DNA from: Guillardia theta CCMP2712
Taxonomy: Eukaryota > Protista > Cryptophyta
DNA: 64,000 nt
Assembly: GCF_000315625.1 (NCBI RefSeq)
Contig: NW_005434655.1
Location: 816,541 to 880,540, forward strand
Direction of reading: 5' to 3'
In this document: positions 23,764 through 35,116 of the stretch, in pieces
How the letters are laid out: each line of letters starts with the position of its first letter
Numbering within the stretch: position 1 is the first letter of the stretch
Notes under the pieces: model-generated
The model's database searches: none
What the model saw: the letters and a program-made list of their open reading frames with translations, nothing else
What the model was told of the DNA's origin: nothing
Translations under genes and position numbers: made by a program

Positions 23764-26702
23764 ATGATCGCCGTCAGCAAACAAAGAAATCCTGGGAAAG
23801 ACACATGTCTTGATCTCGAAGAATCACAAGAGTCACGGCACATTCTTTGTACCCAGAGTTGACATCCTATCGAAAGGGCAGATGGTGAGATAAAGAGTGG
23901 GACACGTCCTCGTTGATCTTTCACATGATCTGAAGGTATCTCCACTCCTTGATGTGCATGATCCTGACTTTCACGTGAAGATGGTCGATGCAAACCAGCA
24001 GCTGGATGATGCTCATACAGAGGATAGGAGCAGCGGCCACGCAGATGCTGGAAATTCGATGGCGGCGGTTCCATTGAACGATCGGAGCAACATGGCCAAT
24101 GGAAGGATTTATTCCTGGAAGCGATTTGTACCAGAGGTAGACGATATTCTTGAGCTGCGAAAGCAAAACGAGGATGAGAAGAGCGCATGGTCAGTAACGA
24201 GCGGATATCTTTTGTTCCTGCTGACGGATCACGCTCAGGTGTCATGCCAAAGTGCAGGAGGTGAAGAGGGACGAGGAGTCCAAGCGGGTCGAATGCCTGC
24301 TCAAGTACTTGAAAGATTGCTTCATTGAAGACAATCAAGTGGCAAAGGCCGGTGATGAAGAATGGGTGGAAATCAGCGACAAAGTATGCGACGCGAGCAC
24401 CGACTTTGAAAACCCCAAGAGAACGGTAATGATGACCTGTGCGACTGGACGTGAAAGATGCATCTTCTACTGAAGTTTTAATTTCTGGCTTTCCCTGCAG
24501 ATTTGGCCGAAGAATGGTCGATATTTCGTCAAACATGAGAACGAATCTCTCTTCTCAATTGGTAGACTGTGTGATCTCAACTGTGGTCGAGAGCTCACGA
24601 TCTGTAAACCAGGGAGGAAGTATGGGATTGCTTGGGAAGCTCTCGCTGCCTACAACGAGAATTTTCATCCGACTCTGTCAAAACATTCAAGGATAAAGAG
24701 TGGGAGCGTGATTTATCTGCCTAAGGACAAAGTAAGTTTGTCTCAGGGATTGTTATCCGCAAAATCGCTATGCAAGTCCTCTCGTGACAGCTTGGTCCAG
24801 GAGCATGAAGGGCAAGCCAATGACGAGAATGCTGGAGTGGGTACCAGTCGGTCAGCAAGGAAGAGACGTGTAGACAGGAATCTTTCGGACTTCTCACCTG
24901 CCAAAACTGAAAAGTCTCTCACGGAATCGTTTGAGGAATCCTTCGGTTCGCCGCAAGAAGACCGTGATCTCACATCTGGCAGGCCTGCCAAGACTAGGAG
25001 GTCGTTGGTTTCGAGGAGCAGGAGTATTGAGAGAAAATATCACGAATGCTTGTTGCTGCGCGACAAGCCAGAAAATTGCGTTTCATCGTATTGCGTCAAC
25101 TTTAGACAAACTGCGAGGAGAGGATTGCTGGAAGAGATTTTGCCGACGGACCATGATGTCGATCTGTACCACAACATGGAGAAGAAGACGACGGAAAAGG
25201 CGTCGAAAGATGCCGATGCGCTCCTTCAATACTCAGCCAATGGACTCAGCAAGATCTCGAGAGGGTTGGTTGGCTTGTGCAGCGTGCTCCCTCCCTGATT
25301 GCTCTTTGCAGAACTTTGAATCACATGTCTCCGGAGTCAAGCATCCTCTACAAGATGGTGAAGAACAAACGGTAACCCACCTCTGCTGTCTCATCTCTCC
25401 ATCATCTCCCTGGTCAGGTCGTTGGACCAGAGGATCTACTGGCGGGATTATCGTGAGAAGGAGACCACCGGCGAAGAGGGTGCTTCGCCCGTTTCACACC
25501 AGGAGCCGCGGGCTGTAGAGGAGGCAGACTCAGGGTCTTACAGGTCTGCCTTGAGAATCTTTGGTGGTCGGCTGGAGCTCAATGCCCCGATGCTCTGCAG
25601 GGAGATCGAGGAGTCCAACGCGAGCACCTCTGGATGGAGTTCATTCGTCCCTTCCCATCCCAACTTTGCCAACACCTTCTCCATGATCGATTGTAGCAAG
25701 AGGCTGCTGACTGATGCGCTCAAGGTAACGGGCCCGCTTGCTTGCCTGCTGGTCTGACTTGCCCTGACACTCAAGGCTTGCGGGAGGCCGCGCACTGAGG
25801 TGGAGCGGCAAGTGCAGCTGAACTTGGCAACAGACTATCTTGAGGTTATCTTCGGGATGCAGGGGCAGGCCTTCCGGTCGGTGCTGGAGACGATCTCCAA
25901 GAGCATGTCGGAGGTTGACAACAAGATTCAGAACCTGCGCGAGCTGCATGCGCAGCGCACTGGGAGCAAGGAAGAGTTCAACAACAGCGCATTCCTGCCC
26001 TTTCATTCCATGCAGTCGACTGCACCCAAGAGTTCTGACCGGAGAGACATCAAGAACAACGAGATGCTGAGCGAGTTCGAGGCCGCGTATGGGTGCGAGC
26101 GGCCAGCAGCTGAAGCGAGCAGGAGGAAGCTCACGGCTGGGAGCTCGCAGGCGCAGGAAAGGAGGAGGTTAGAGACACCGATTGAGATGACGAGGAAGAA
26201 GAAGACGATACAGGGGGTGGCATACAAGGACACGTCGAATGGAGGAAAGAGCGAGAAGAGCGTAAGGCAGGGTCAGCAAGAACTTCACGTCGACAAGGAG
26301 CGGGGAGTCCAAGAGCCCGCAAAGAGTCTGAATGTTGAGGTGACTCCGCCCAACGAGCCACATCCCGCAGCAGCTCCCAAGCCACCCATGACTGAAGACA
26401 AGACCCTTGACTCCTTCCAGGAATTCTTTGGAGGAGATCCCGACGACACAGAGGAGGAGGAGGAAGACGACGAGGAAGAGGAAGGGGAAAAGGATCGATT
26501 GCCTTCTCGAGGGGGAGAGGATACGCGCGCAAGCAGAGGCAGCAACGTGGTGAGCGACATGAAGGAGAGGGGGTCATGCTCATCGTTGGGGCAGGTGGGT
26601 CAGTCGGGTGGGTCAACACCAACAAGGGTGAAGAAGATGGCATTTGTTGTCAAGGTGAGATGCGATGTGTGTTGGAGAATGCAATGACATGTTCAGCAGT
26701 GA
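23764..26702 (+). CDS. Hypothetical multi-exon protein with a possible Tudor/Agenet-like domain and an acidic low-complexity C-terminus
   Basis: EVDDILELRKQNEDEKSAW|CHAKVQEVK...CLLKY...DEEWVEI resembles an Agenet/Tudor barrel. Series of GT-AG exons, including ORF 25800-26687. Confidence 0.5.
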
Positions 26703-27002
26703 GGGAGACAAGCAGAGAAAGTTCTTTACTGTCAATGATGAACGCAAACTAGGTCCAATTTCCAAACACACTCATTTGTGGAAGGTAGATGGCATAACAT
26801 GTTATAATGTACATAACCAGCAAGACATGTGTGTTGTTGTCTCTCGTGCACCTTTATTCGAGAAAAGAATCTATGAGATACAGATTGTAAGAGAAGATCA
26901 TCAAGCCAGCTTAACCAAAGGAAAATCTAAAAATGCAAAAGAATTGTCTCTTGCCCGAGGGAGTCAAAAAACCGCTAAAGTCCTTGTCGCAAATCTTGTC
27001 GC

Positions 27003-27931
27003 TTATTTCGATGCCGGGCCCTTCTTGACAACCTTTGCATCATTCGCCACCTGCACGAGATCAGGAAGCAATCGCAAGATACATCAAGGGAAGGCATGTC
27101 GCGAAGAAGCAAATAGAGCAGGGGAAGGGGACAAGCAAAAGCAGCAGTATGGCACCTGCTTCAAGAGCTTGAGAGAAGCCTTCTTCTCCGCCTCAGCCTT
27201 GGACTTCTTGGATGCTGCCTGCTTCTTGGCCGCTTGTCTCTGCGAGGTCATCACACTCAGTGCTCATCCTCGACAAGACACAAGCCCGACCTTCAACTCC
27301 CTCTTCTTCTCCTCAACAGCAGCTTCCTGCTTCTCCTCCGCCTTGTCACCCTCCTTTGTGATCTTCTCGACCTTCTGCTCCGCCTCGGCTTGTTCGAACA
27401 TTTTTTCTAGGTTTGCAGGAAGAGCGTCCTTCCTCACCTGACATGAACTTCAGAGGAGACTCAGTCAGCACAGAACAGTTCTCACCTTCTTCACTCCCAA
27501 GCTCGGCATGCTCCTCTGCTCCTCCGCTGCTTGTTGCGCTTCCTTGAGAAGATTCTCAGGCACGGGCTGCAATCCCTTCTCCGCGAGCCCATCCGCCTTA
27601 GCAAGCGCGTCCGCCACCTTCAGGGATGTCAGAAGGGCTACATCAGAGGTCAGCAGCTCGTGCTCGCTACCTGCAAGTGGAGGTTCATGTCGTCTGAACC
27701 CGCGTCCTCCTTCTTCCAGTCGACAAACTTTGGCACGACCTTGGGCAGGGACTCGAGAGAGGACTTTTGGTTTGGAGTGAAGCTGGCGAGAGCCAAGACA
27801 AGAGCAACGAACGCCGCAAGAGAAGCCGCGACGACGAGCAACCTGGTGGGTCTTCTTGATCCGGCAACTTTGGCTTCCTCCCCATTGTAAATTGGGACAG
27901 AGAGCGAAACTGGCTCGATGTAACTGTGCAT
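27003..27931 (-). CDS. Hypothetical type II membrane protein with a Lys/Ala/Glu-rich coiled coil
   Basis: MHSYIEP...LLVVAASLAAFVALVLALASF (TM segment). Five in-phase exons ending VVKKGPASK*. Confidence 0.7.
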
Positions 27932-28814
27932 TCTGACCCCCGAGTGCACTGCACAACGTGTCAGACACGGACAACGTGATTGACAATCCTCCATCATGAG
28001 TGATGCTTCTCAAACATGAAGAAAGTTCAACATCTCTAACTCTCTTCCAGTATTCTAAGGAGTGAATCATTTACGACCAATACAGGTTGTTGGCAATTTC
28101 CGCTAGTCACCACAAGTACGATGAAGGTATACGCTTCATATCGTTACAATGTAACAACACCACATTACATCGTGAGACATCGTGAGAAAGTATCCATAAA
28201 TGTTGCAAGGCAAACTTCCCTCACAAAACTCTCCCATTCCAACTCTGGAAGAATCCATCAACTCTCTAGGTACAATACAGACTTGGCACGATGCGAGCAA
28301 GATGCAAGCGTCCTTGTCAGGGAAACACAATTGGTTCAGCTTTCTCCAAGATCCTCAAACATTGAAATAACCTCCACTTTGAACCTCGATCTCATTCTTG
28401 CTTCTACAGCTCAGATCCATCTCAATTCGAACCTATCCCTGACTACACAATCTACCCTCTTCCATCTTACACTGGATCACCCTCTGGCATTACATTCAAC
28501 TTTTTCTCTCTCTCATTTTTTGCTTCATTTCTCGCCATCTCTCCATCCTCTCTCTCTCCTCTCCCTTCCCATCGCGCTCTGCCCTCAGTCCCTCCATCCC
28601 TCGCTTGTTCTATTTCTGGGGTGAGTTTTAATCACCCCTACCCCAGAATTCCACCACCCCACCTCCTAGTCGACATTTTTTTCACCCACCCTTACCTTTG
28701 ACAGAATTATGCCATATTATCGTACCCCTCTTTGAGACAAAAAACCCACCCTCACCCCATATTCTTTTTGGTTTGGGACCTCCCAGGGGCACTGCTAGAG
28801 GATATTCGGAATCA

Positions 28815-28880
28815 AAGTTCAGAAGTTCAGAAGTTCAGAAGTTCAGAAGTTCAGAAGTTCAGAAGTTCAGAAGTTCAGAA
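28815..28880. repeat. Octamer tandem repeat (AGAAGTTC) x ~8
   Basis: Read directly from the sequence. Confidence 0.95.
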
Positions 28881-28946
28881 TTTTGTAGACCTGGACCCCC
28901 GCTCAGGCAGCACCCGGCCGACTAGCTGAACATTTTTTTTGGCGCC

Positions 28947-30227
28947 ATGGAGAAGTTTGTGGACTTATCGGAGCGCATGCGAGGGGAGCGAATCGTCCGC
29001 AATGACGTGATGGAAAAATATACACAGAGGATCGAGCTTCTTACAGAAAATATCACGAAAAATTTTGAGGTATTCAAGAGTTTGTCAGAGAAACATGAGA
29101 GGAAGGTACTCTTTGACCTGAAAGGTGATGTTGTATGTTGTCTTTTGATGCGGAGTGTAATGACGTAAATGATCCGATGCAGCGAAGAAGATGCTCCCTG
29201 TGATTCGTTTTCAAATTCAAGGTGACATCTTCGATTGTTTTTCCATGAGTCTTAGATCCCACTGTCTCAAGAATGTCGGGAACAAATGGATGCGATTCGC
29301 AATACCGTGCACAGGAAAGGAGAATCCATCCTATTTGAGACAGGGCAAAGTACGATAGATTTCCATCTTTCAGCCATGCAGGATTGAACGTTTTTTGTTT
29401 TACAGCACTGATACAGTATTGTGGTTGGTTTTCAAAGAGCTGTGAACAATTCATCCATCAACAAGGGAAGGTAGAATTCAAAATTCGTTGTTGTTTCGCC
29501 AAGGCAAAAATACTCAAGAAGAATTTTTCTAACCTGCGCTCACAAGCTCTTGAATTGAAGCAATATGTTCTCGCGGACTCAGAGAAATTGTTCAAATGCT
29601 TCAATGAAATGGCATCAAGAATGCAGCAATCCAATCTTGGTAACGACGAAGCGAAAAGTGAACTACTGGAATTTTTCGAGAGAGCGGATTCAATGAATCT
29701 CAATGATTTCGATCTACCACTGTCACAGGCTTTGAGTACCTTCCAAAGCTGCCGGCACGAATTAAGCAAAATCAAAGAAGAGGCCTTCCAAAAGATTGAC
29801 GAATGTTCCTTGTTTTTTTCAGATACTCATTTGCAATCGGATAGCAAATTAGAGATCTACGGTAAGTACAGTTTTCAATTGTCAATTGAAGACTTTTCAT
29901 GGTGACTTGATTCACTCAGCCTCTATGGATGATTTCCGAACAAAAAGACAGAAAACGAGTTATTGGATCTATTTGGAGAAGGAGTACATGAGGAAGTGTT
30001 TGGAATACCAGCAAGAGATATGGAATCTCAAGGCAGAGAAGGAACTCTTGTACGATTCTGGCTCAAATTCTCACAGTTTTGATCTTGCCAAAGTTTGCAA
30101 TCCTGGGATTTTGAATCTCGATGGTGCTGATTATTATGGTGGAACAACGGACTTCGATTCAATTCTTGAAATGGAAAGTCACTCAGAAGAAATTAGACGG
30201 GGTCGCAAGCGCGCTGCTTATCACTGA
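28947..30227 (+). CDS. AT-rich hypothetical coiled-coil protein (multi-exon)
   Basis: ORFs 28947-29168, 29384-29905 and 29886-30227 are helical and linkable by short introns. Codon usage differs from neighbouring genes. Confidence 0.45.
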
Positions 30228-30269
30228 AATCTGGCATACCATTCCTGAAAGATCCGATCGGTGACGGGC

Positions 30270-30480
30270 AGCTTGGTCGGTGACAAAACGGTTCAGGCAC
30301 GGTATAGTAACTGTTTCATCGGTCCCTTCAAGATCCTCTCCTTTGTTTCTCACAACACTGTTCATCTCATTGAATACGAAGCCTGTGGAACAGATTCTCG
30401 ACAAACGTCAACGTGGTCGTGGTATCCAGTATCTTGTTCATTGGAAAGGCTATCCTAACCCGGCTGATCATTCAATTTGA
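30270..30480 (+). mobile_element. Degenerate Ty3/Gypsy chromovirus integrase C-terminus (GPY/F motif + chromodomain)
   Basis: One frame gives GDK...FIGPFKILSFVSHNTVHL (GPF motif). A shifted frame gives VEQILDKRQRGRGIQYLVHWKGYP (chromodomain). Frameshifted and truncated. Confidence 0.8.
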
Positions 30481-32352
30481 ATCTTCTTTATTAGCTCAAG
30501 CGTCACCTTCCCGCCTCTCTTCTTCCTCTTCTTCTGCAGAACCTTTACTCAAGATTCTTCTGAGCGAAGTCCACGACAGGGGGACCTTCTTGTTGGCACG
30601 CAGTGCCAGGTGGGAGCGATGTTGTTTCTGGACTCATACCGGACGCCCCTTGGACGTAGCGTGGGGAAACAGGACTCGGGATGACGATGCCAAACAGCTC
30701 CAGTGATGCTGCTGATCTGATGAGTGAGTGTGCTTAATAAACAGTGATCCTGAGATAATCTGAGTTCAACGGCTTACGCAAGGTTGCCAGTGTATACAAC
30801 GCGATCAAAATAAGAACTGCGATTCTTTCATCGCGGTTAGTTAAAAATTGAAAAGTCAGATTTTTAAGCTCCCCTAGCTGTCAGCGGCCGGACTCCGTGT
30901 CCGAGTCGGCTTCGCAAGACGCTCAGCGTCTCTCAGGTGATCCGACCGTACGACATGGCAAACGCATCCGATCGCCGCGTGTGAGTCCAGGATCTTTCGT
31001 CACTGAGTCACCTCAACGCGACGGTGGTAGGGGTGCATCGAATTTTGAACCGGCGGGGCGTGTCCATTTGTTTTAAAACGGCAATGGATTGTTTATTCGT
31101 TCATGTGAAGGACCGCAGAGTAAGAAGATGATCACAAGGTACACTTGGCATCAAGAATCCAGCACAAATTCTTACTTGGTGATCCTGCAGAAGTGGAGAC
31201 TAAGTCAATCGTATCATCAATTTTCTCTTTTGAAAAGTGAACTGAATAATAATATCTGTAAGATCATGACGAGTCCGCTTGATTAAGGCGCAATCACTGC
31301 ATCTCACTTGACTCCCTCCTCGGCATATCTTCTATACGCTTTGTTACATCGTTGCTTTACATTTTCAGAACAACTTTGATGATATTTGAATTTTTGAAAT
31401 ATGCCAATTAGTTGACTCTCACGAAGCTCTTGTTGAAGTATGTTCCCTCCTCTCTCCAAACTCTCCTCACTCAGGTCATTTGCATGTTTGCATATTTCCT
31501 GAAATACATCAACTTTGCTTTGCTTCCCTGATGGCGGAACTGTTGACGTCGAAGTACGCCTCAGATCGCATCAGGGATCAAGTCTCGAGCTTGTAAGCTG
31601 GCATGCAAGAATCTGTTGTGCGTTGCAACCAGACTGCCATGAATGTAGAATCAAGGTTGGAGGTGATATCTGATTTGACATTTATTATTCATTCGAAGCA
31701 TTCATCTCAGGATGTCGAACTACCAGCAAATTGACACAGACACACAGACAGAGAGAGGATGGAGCAAAAAGGTAGTGGTAATGAAGGCTATTCTCGAGAC
31801 TGAATCAGGATCTTTGCCTCTCATATTTCAATGCTCCCTTGAGTGCAAGCCCCAGTAAGGCGAAGGATGCAGTGAGCACCAGTGCACTCACCTGTTTCTA
31901 TGAGTCATGTTCCGACTTGGGCCGCGACTCAATAAGGCTGCTTCCTTCCCGGATCGAGCTTGTTCCAACTTACTCAAGAGTGTTGGGTCCTCGTGACCTG
32001 GTTCGGGACCTTCCATGATGGCGATTGTGTCAATTGGTCATCGGTGGATCCAACGGCAGCTGCATTTCAAGTAAAATTTCGAGTTTTGGGAGGGAGCGAG
32101 GAGGAGTAGAGGGGAGACAGTAGGAGAATGGAATCGAGAGATCGGAATCTGAAATTTGCAGAAAGAAACACAAGGAGAGGGAGGGAGATGGCCAGCTAGG
32201 TGCAAGGGGAAAGAGGGAGATGTGCCAGGTCTATGTTGGAAGGGAGGCATACAGCCACATTGACTTGCGGTCATCCTCGGTCCAATCGAGAGCATAAACA
32301 ACGAGTACCTGGTAGTCTGCTCCGCTCCTCTCAACCTGTTCCAGTGACGCAG

Positions 32353-32510
32353 GGAGGGCTTCAGGTTCAGTACCTGACTGATCTGTTCATCCAAGCGGAC
32401 ACCAACCAGAACGGAAGATTGGTGGGATGGGTAGAGGAGAGGCGCTGTCGTGCTGATGGTAGTGACAGGACAAGAAGGAGTTCAAGGAGCTGATGTTGCG
32501 GGCTAACTGA
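32353..32510 (+). CDS. 3' exons of an EF-hand protein (upstream exons unresolved; possibly a pseudogene)
   Basis: LTDLFIQADTNQNGRL|DKKEFKELMLRAN*: a canonical 12-residue EF loop is restored by splicing intron 32422-32468. Confidence 0.7.
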
Positions 32511-32721
32511 CAATGTTGTTAGTTCTCCAGGCTTGACTACGTCGCTCATGGTTCCAGGCATCCATCTTGAAATCCCTTATCACAATAACCTCAGGTCTTC
32601 ATCTGGCTCGCTTTTCGTCTATATCTGATCCTCTGCTCACTATTAGCCTGTCGGCATTTAGCTGACGTAGTCAGCCTGGAGAACTAACAACGTTGTCAGT
32701 TAGCCCGCAACATCAGCTCCT
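32485..32721. repeat. 58-bp near-perfect inverted repeat (32485-32543 / 32664-32721) with a 120-bp spacer
   Basis: The arms differ by one substitution and one indel. Confidence 0.95.
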
Positions 32722-32917
32722 CGACGCGAAACCCTGTTCGAATGATACACATAAGAAACAAGGGGACACTGCAAGTGCGCACAAGCATTGGGATGACATC
32801 GAGAAAGAGGATGATAGCTTTTTAAGTCTTCAAAACTTTGAAGTATCTTCTTCATTCATTGCCTATTGAAAGGCGAATAGCTAGTGAGCGTCGCAAGATT
32901 CTCTCAGGAGCCATTCA

Positions 32918-35116
32918 TCAATGCAGACTTCGCACTTCAAAGATGGATTTGTGCCTTAGCTTCAAGACTGACAACAATCCCCATGGGTAAAACAGGTCTC
33001 GATCCTCGTCATAGGTGAAACAGAAGAAGTTGTCACCATTCTCTGTTGCACAAACATGATTCTTCTCGCATACCCAAACTTCCATGACATTTGGGACCAT
33101 CAACTTGCCAAGTCCTCCCGTGATAAAGAAATCATCTTTTTTGTCCTGAGGTATCTGTGCCAACTGTTCCCAGTTGTACTTGGCCGTACAGCTTGTAAAC
33201 TCTGATTTGTGCGGCCATAATGCGTCAGGAAGGCACGCAGAGAAGTTGTTGCTCGTTCCATCTGAGCCGAGGATAGTGTTGCTTAGCAAGATTCGCTTGT
33301 ATCCATCCGTGCATTCCCATGACTGTGAGGTCGAAGGCTCAGGGGTCATCATAATCGCAGTTTCCGATGGAGTTGATGCAGATGTTACTTGCGTTGTTAC
33401 GGGAGTCTCTTCTGTTGGTACCGAGGTTTGGTCTGGCTGAAGGCCGAGAGGAGTGATAGTGTAGTTTGAGGAGTAAGAGCTGGAGTTCACCGATGAGAAC
33501 ATGTCTACCCCCAGCTGTGCCTTGACTCCCTCCTCGTTGAGGTTGATGTCTGTCAGCCGTTCCATTGCCATCGATGTGTATACCCTGCTTTTGACCATAA
33601 TGGCAAGTTCGATGAAAGTAGACGAATCCGATTCACTGGTTTCGCTGTTGATGATCACGTCGCTTTGTAAAGCCGGAGGTCCGGCAACATTTGCAACCAC
33701 GGCTCGGATCATGTCACGTGTGGTTGAGTCAAGAGTATCAGAGGCAGCTGCATAACTAAAGCTCACGTTGAGAAAGACATCCGAAGATGGCTGAACGATG
33801 ACCTGTGGAACACAGTCGTGAAACATGCATCCGACTGCCAACGTGGCGGTGTCATCCCAAAATCCAAACTTCACAGGGTCCATCTCTGTCTTTGAGAACA
33901 TTTTTTCTTGACCGATGTCATCCAGGATTGACTGCAGATGCGTTTCATTTGTCACATTCATAAAGAAAGATATCTTGACAAGAAGGGGTTCTGTTGTTGT
34001 TCGCAGCTTTCCATTCACAATCCTGTTCTTCCGGAAGCGACGGTTGGCCGCCCTCACCGCATTCTTAATTATCTTTGACGCCTTGGCCTGTCCTGATAGG
34101 GCTTTTCCAACGTCTACGAATTGATCGAGATCTAGATTGTTGGAAACCACTTCCAAACTAGCTTCCCACACACTTCCAGTCTTTTGATATGTAGTAACAA
34201 AGTCATAGGCACCCCATGCAACCTGAATCACCGTCCCATAGGGAGGTGGAACGAATCCCGTGGCCGTCCTGAATACGTCAAACAACAGTTCCTCAGTAAA
34301 ATCTTCATTCGTAATCATGTCAGCAGTCATCGAGAAAGAAGTCTTGATGATGTCGACCTGAGCAAGAAGCTTTGGTTGCAGAGTATATTCTAGGGCGAGA
34401 TCAGTGAGAGTAGAGGTTGCCTTCTCCGTCATGAATTCGAATGTCACAGAGGAGAACGTTGTCCCGCCACAACTACCCCTGCAACCCCAGAAGAATCCTG
34501 AATCACAGCATCCACAGGAGCCTGTAGATCTGAGACTGCAAGGACCGGTCCCTGGAGCATCTCCGCATGTTCCAACACAACCGTAGACAATTCCCTGGCT
34601 ACAGCATCCACACTCACTCGATGCTCGTTCGCTGCAAACCCCATTGCCTGCGCCACCACAGACTCCTGAGCATCCGTACAGCCAACCATCGTCGCAACAG
34701 CCGCAATGGTAAGTTCGGCGTGTGGAGCATGGGCCTGGGTCTGCAGCGCATGGGCAACATGTGGAGCAACCATATAGATATCCTGATTCACAACATCCAC
34801 AATCACATCCAGAATCATCGCGAAGGGATGAAGATTTCCTAGGCGTCGTTGATAAGCTTTTGTTGCTCTCATCATGCAAAAACCTTCTGCTGGATATGTA
34901 CGTCGAAACAAATCGCTTTGATCTGAAGCGTATAAGGGCAGAAGTCCTCGCCAGAGCAGATCTATACTTGCTTTTGGTATTCACGATGATACCCAAGTAA
35001 GCGCCTACAGAGAGCAAGAGCACAGCGATGAAAGCTGCCACGGAGCTGCAAGACCAGCGTCGTGTCTTCGCCATCGCAGGCTTTGTACATCCAGGCGCCT
35101 CACCGCTTGTCATCAT
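32918..35116 (-). CDS. Intronless 732-aa membrane-anchored or secreted protein with four CGCC Cys-rich repeats, a Thr/Ser-rich linker and a C-terminal Cys-containing domain
   Basis: Uninterrupted ORF. TM segment VAAFIAVLLLSVGAYLGIIV. Repeats CGCCxxGxxYGCxGxCG at ~32-aa spacing. Confidence 0.8.
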   Translation of the reverse strand: MMTSGEAPGCTKPAMAKTRRWSCSSVAAFIAVLLLSVGAYLGIIVNTKSKYRSALARTSALIRFRSKRFVSTYISSRRFLHDESNKSLSTTPRKSSSLRDDSGCDCGCCESGYLYGCSTCCPCAADPGPCSTRRTYHCGCCDDGWLYGCSGVCGGAGNGVCSERASSECGCCSQGIVYGCVGTCGDAPGTGPCSLRSTGSCGCCDSGFFWGCRGSCGGTTFSSVTFEFMTEKATSTLTDLALEYTLQPKLLAQVDIIKTSFSMTADMITNEDFTEELLFDVFRTATGFVPPPYGTVIQVAWGAYDFVTTYQKTGSVWEASLEVVSNNLDLDQFVDVGKALSGQAKASKIIKNAVRAANRRFRKNRIVNGKLRTTTEPLLVKISFFMNVTNETHLQSILDDIGQEKMFSKTEMDPVKFGFWDDTATLAVGCMFHDCVPQVIVQPSSDVFLNVSFSYAAASDTLDSTTRDMIRAVVANVAGPPALQSDVIINSETSESDSSTFIELAIMVKSRVYTSMAMERLTDINLNEEGVKAQLGVDMFSSVNSSSYSSNYTITPLGLQPDQTSVPTEETPVTTQVTSASTPSETAIMMTPEPSTSQSWECTDGYKRILLSNTILGSDGTSNNFSACLPDALWPHKSEFTSCTAKYNWEQLAQIPQDKKDDFFITGGLGKLMVPNVMEVWVCEKNHVCATENGDNFFCFTYDEDRDLFYPWGLLSVLKLRHKSIFEVRSLH

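Noticed and set aside
30280-30480. Host chromodomain (HP1-like) gene
   Set aside because: The adjacent GPF integrase motif and the frameshift indicate a retrotransposon relic.
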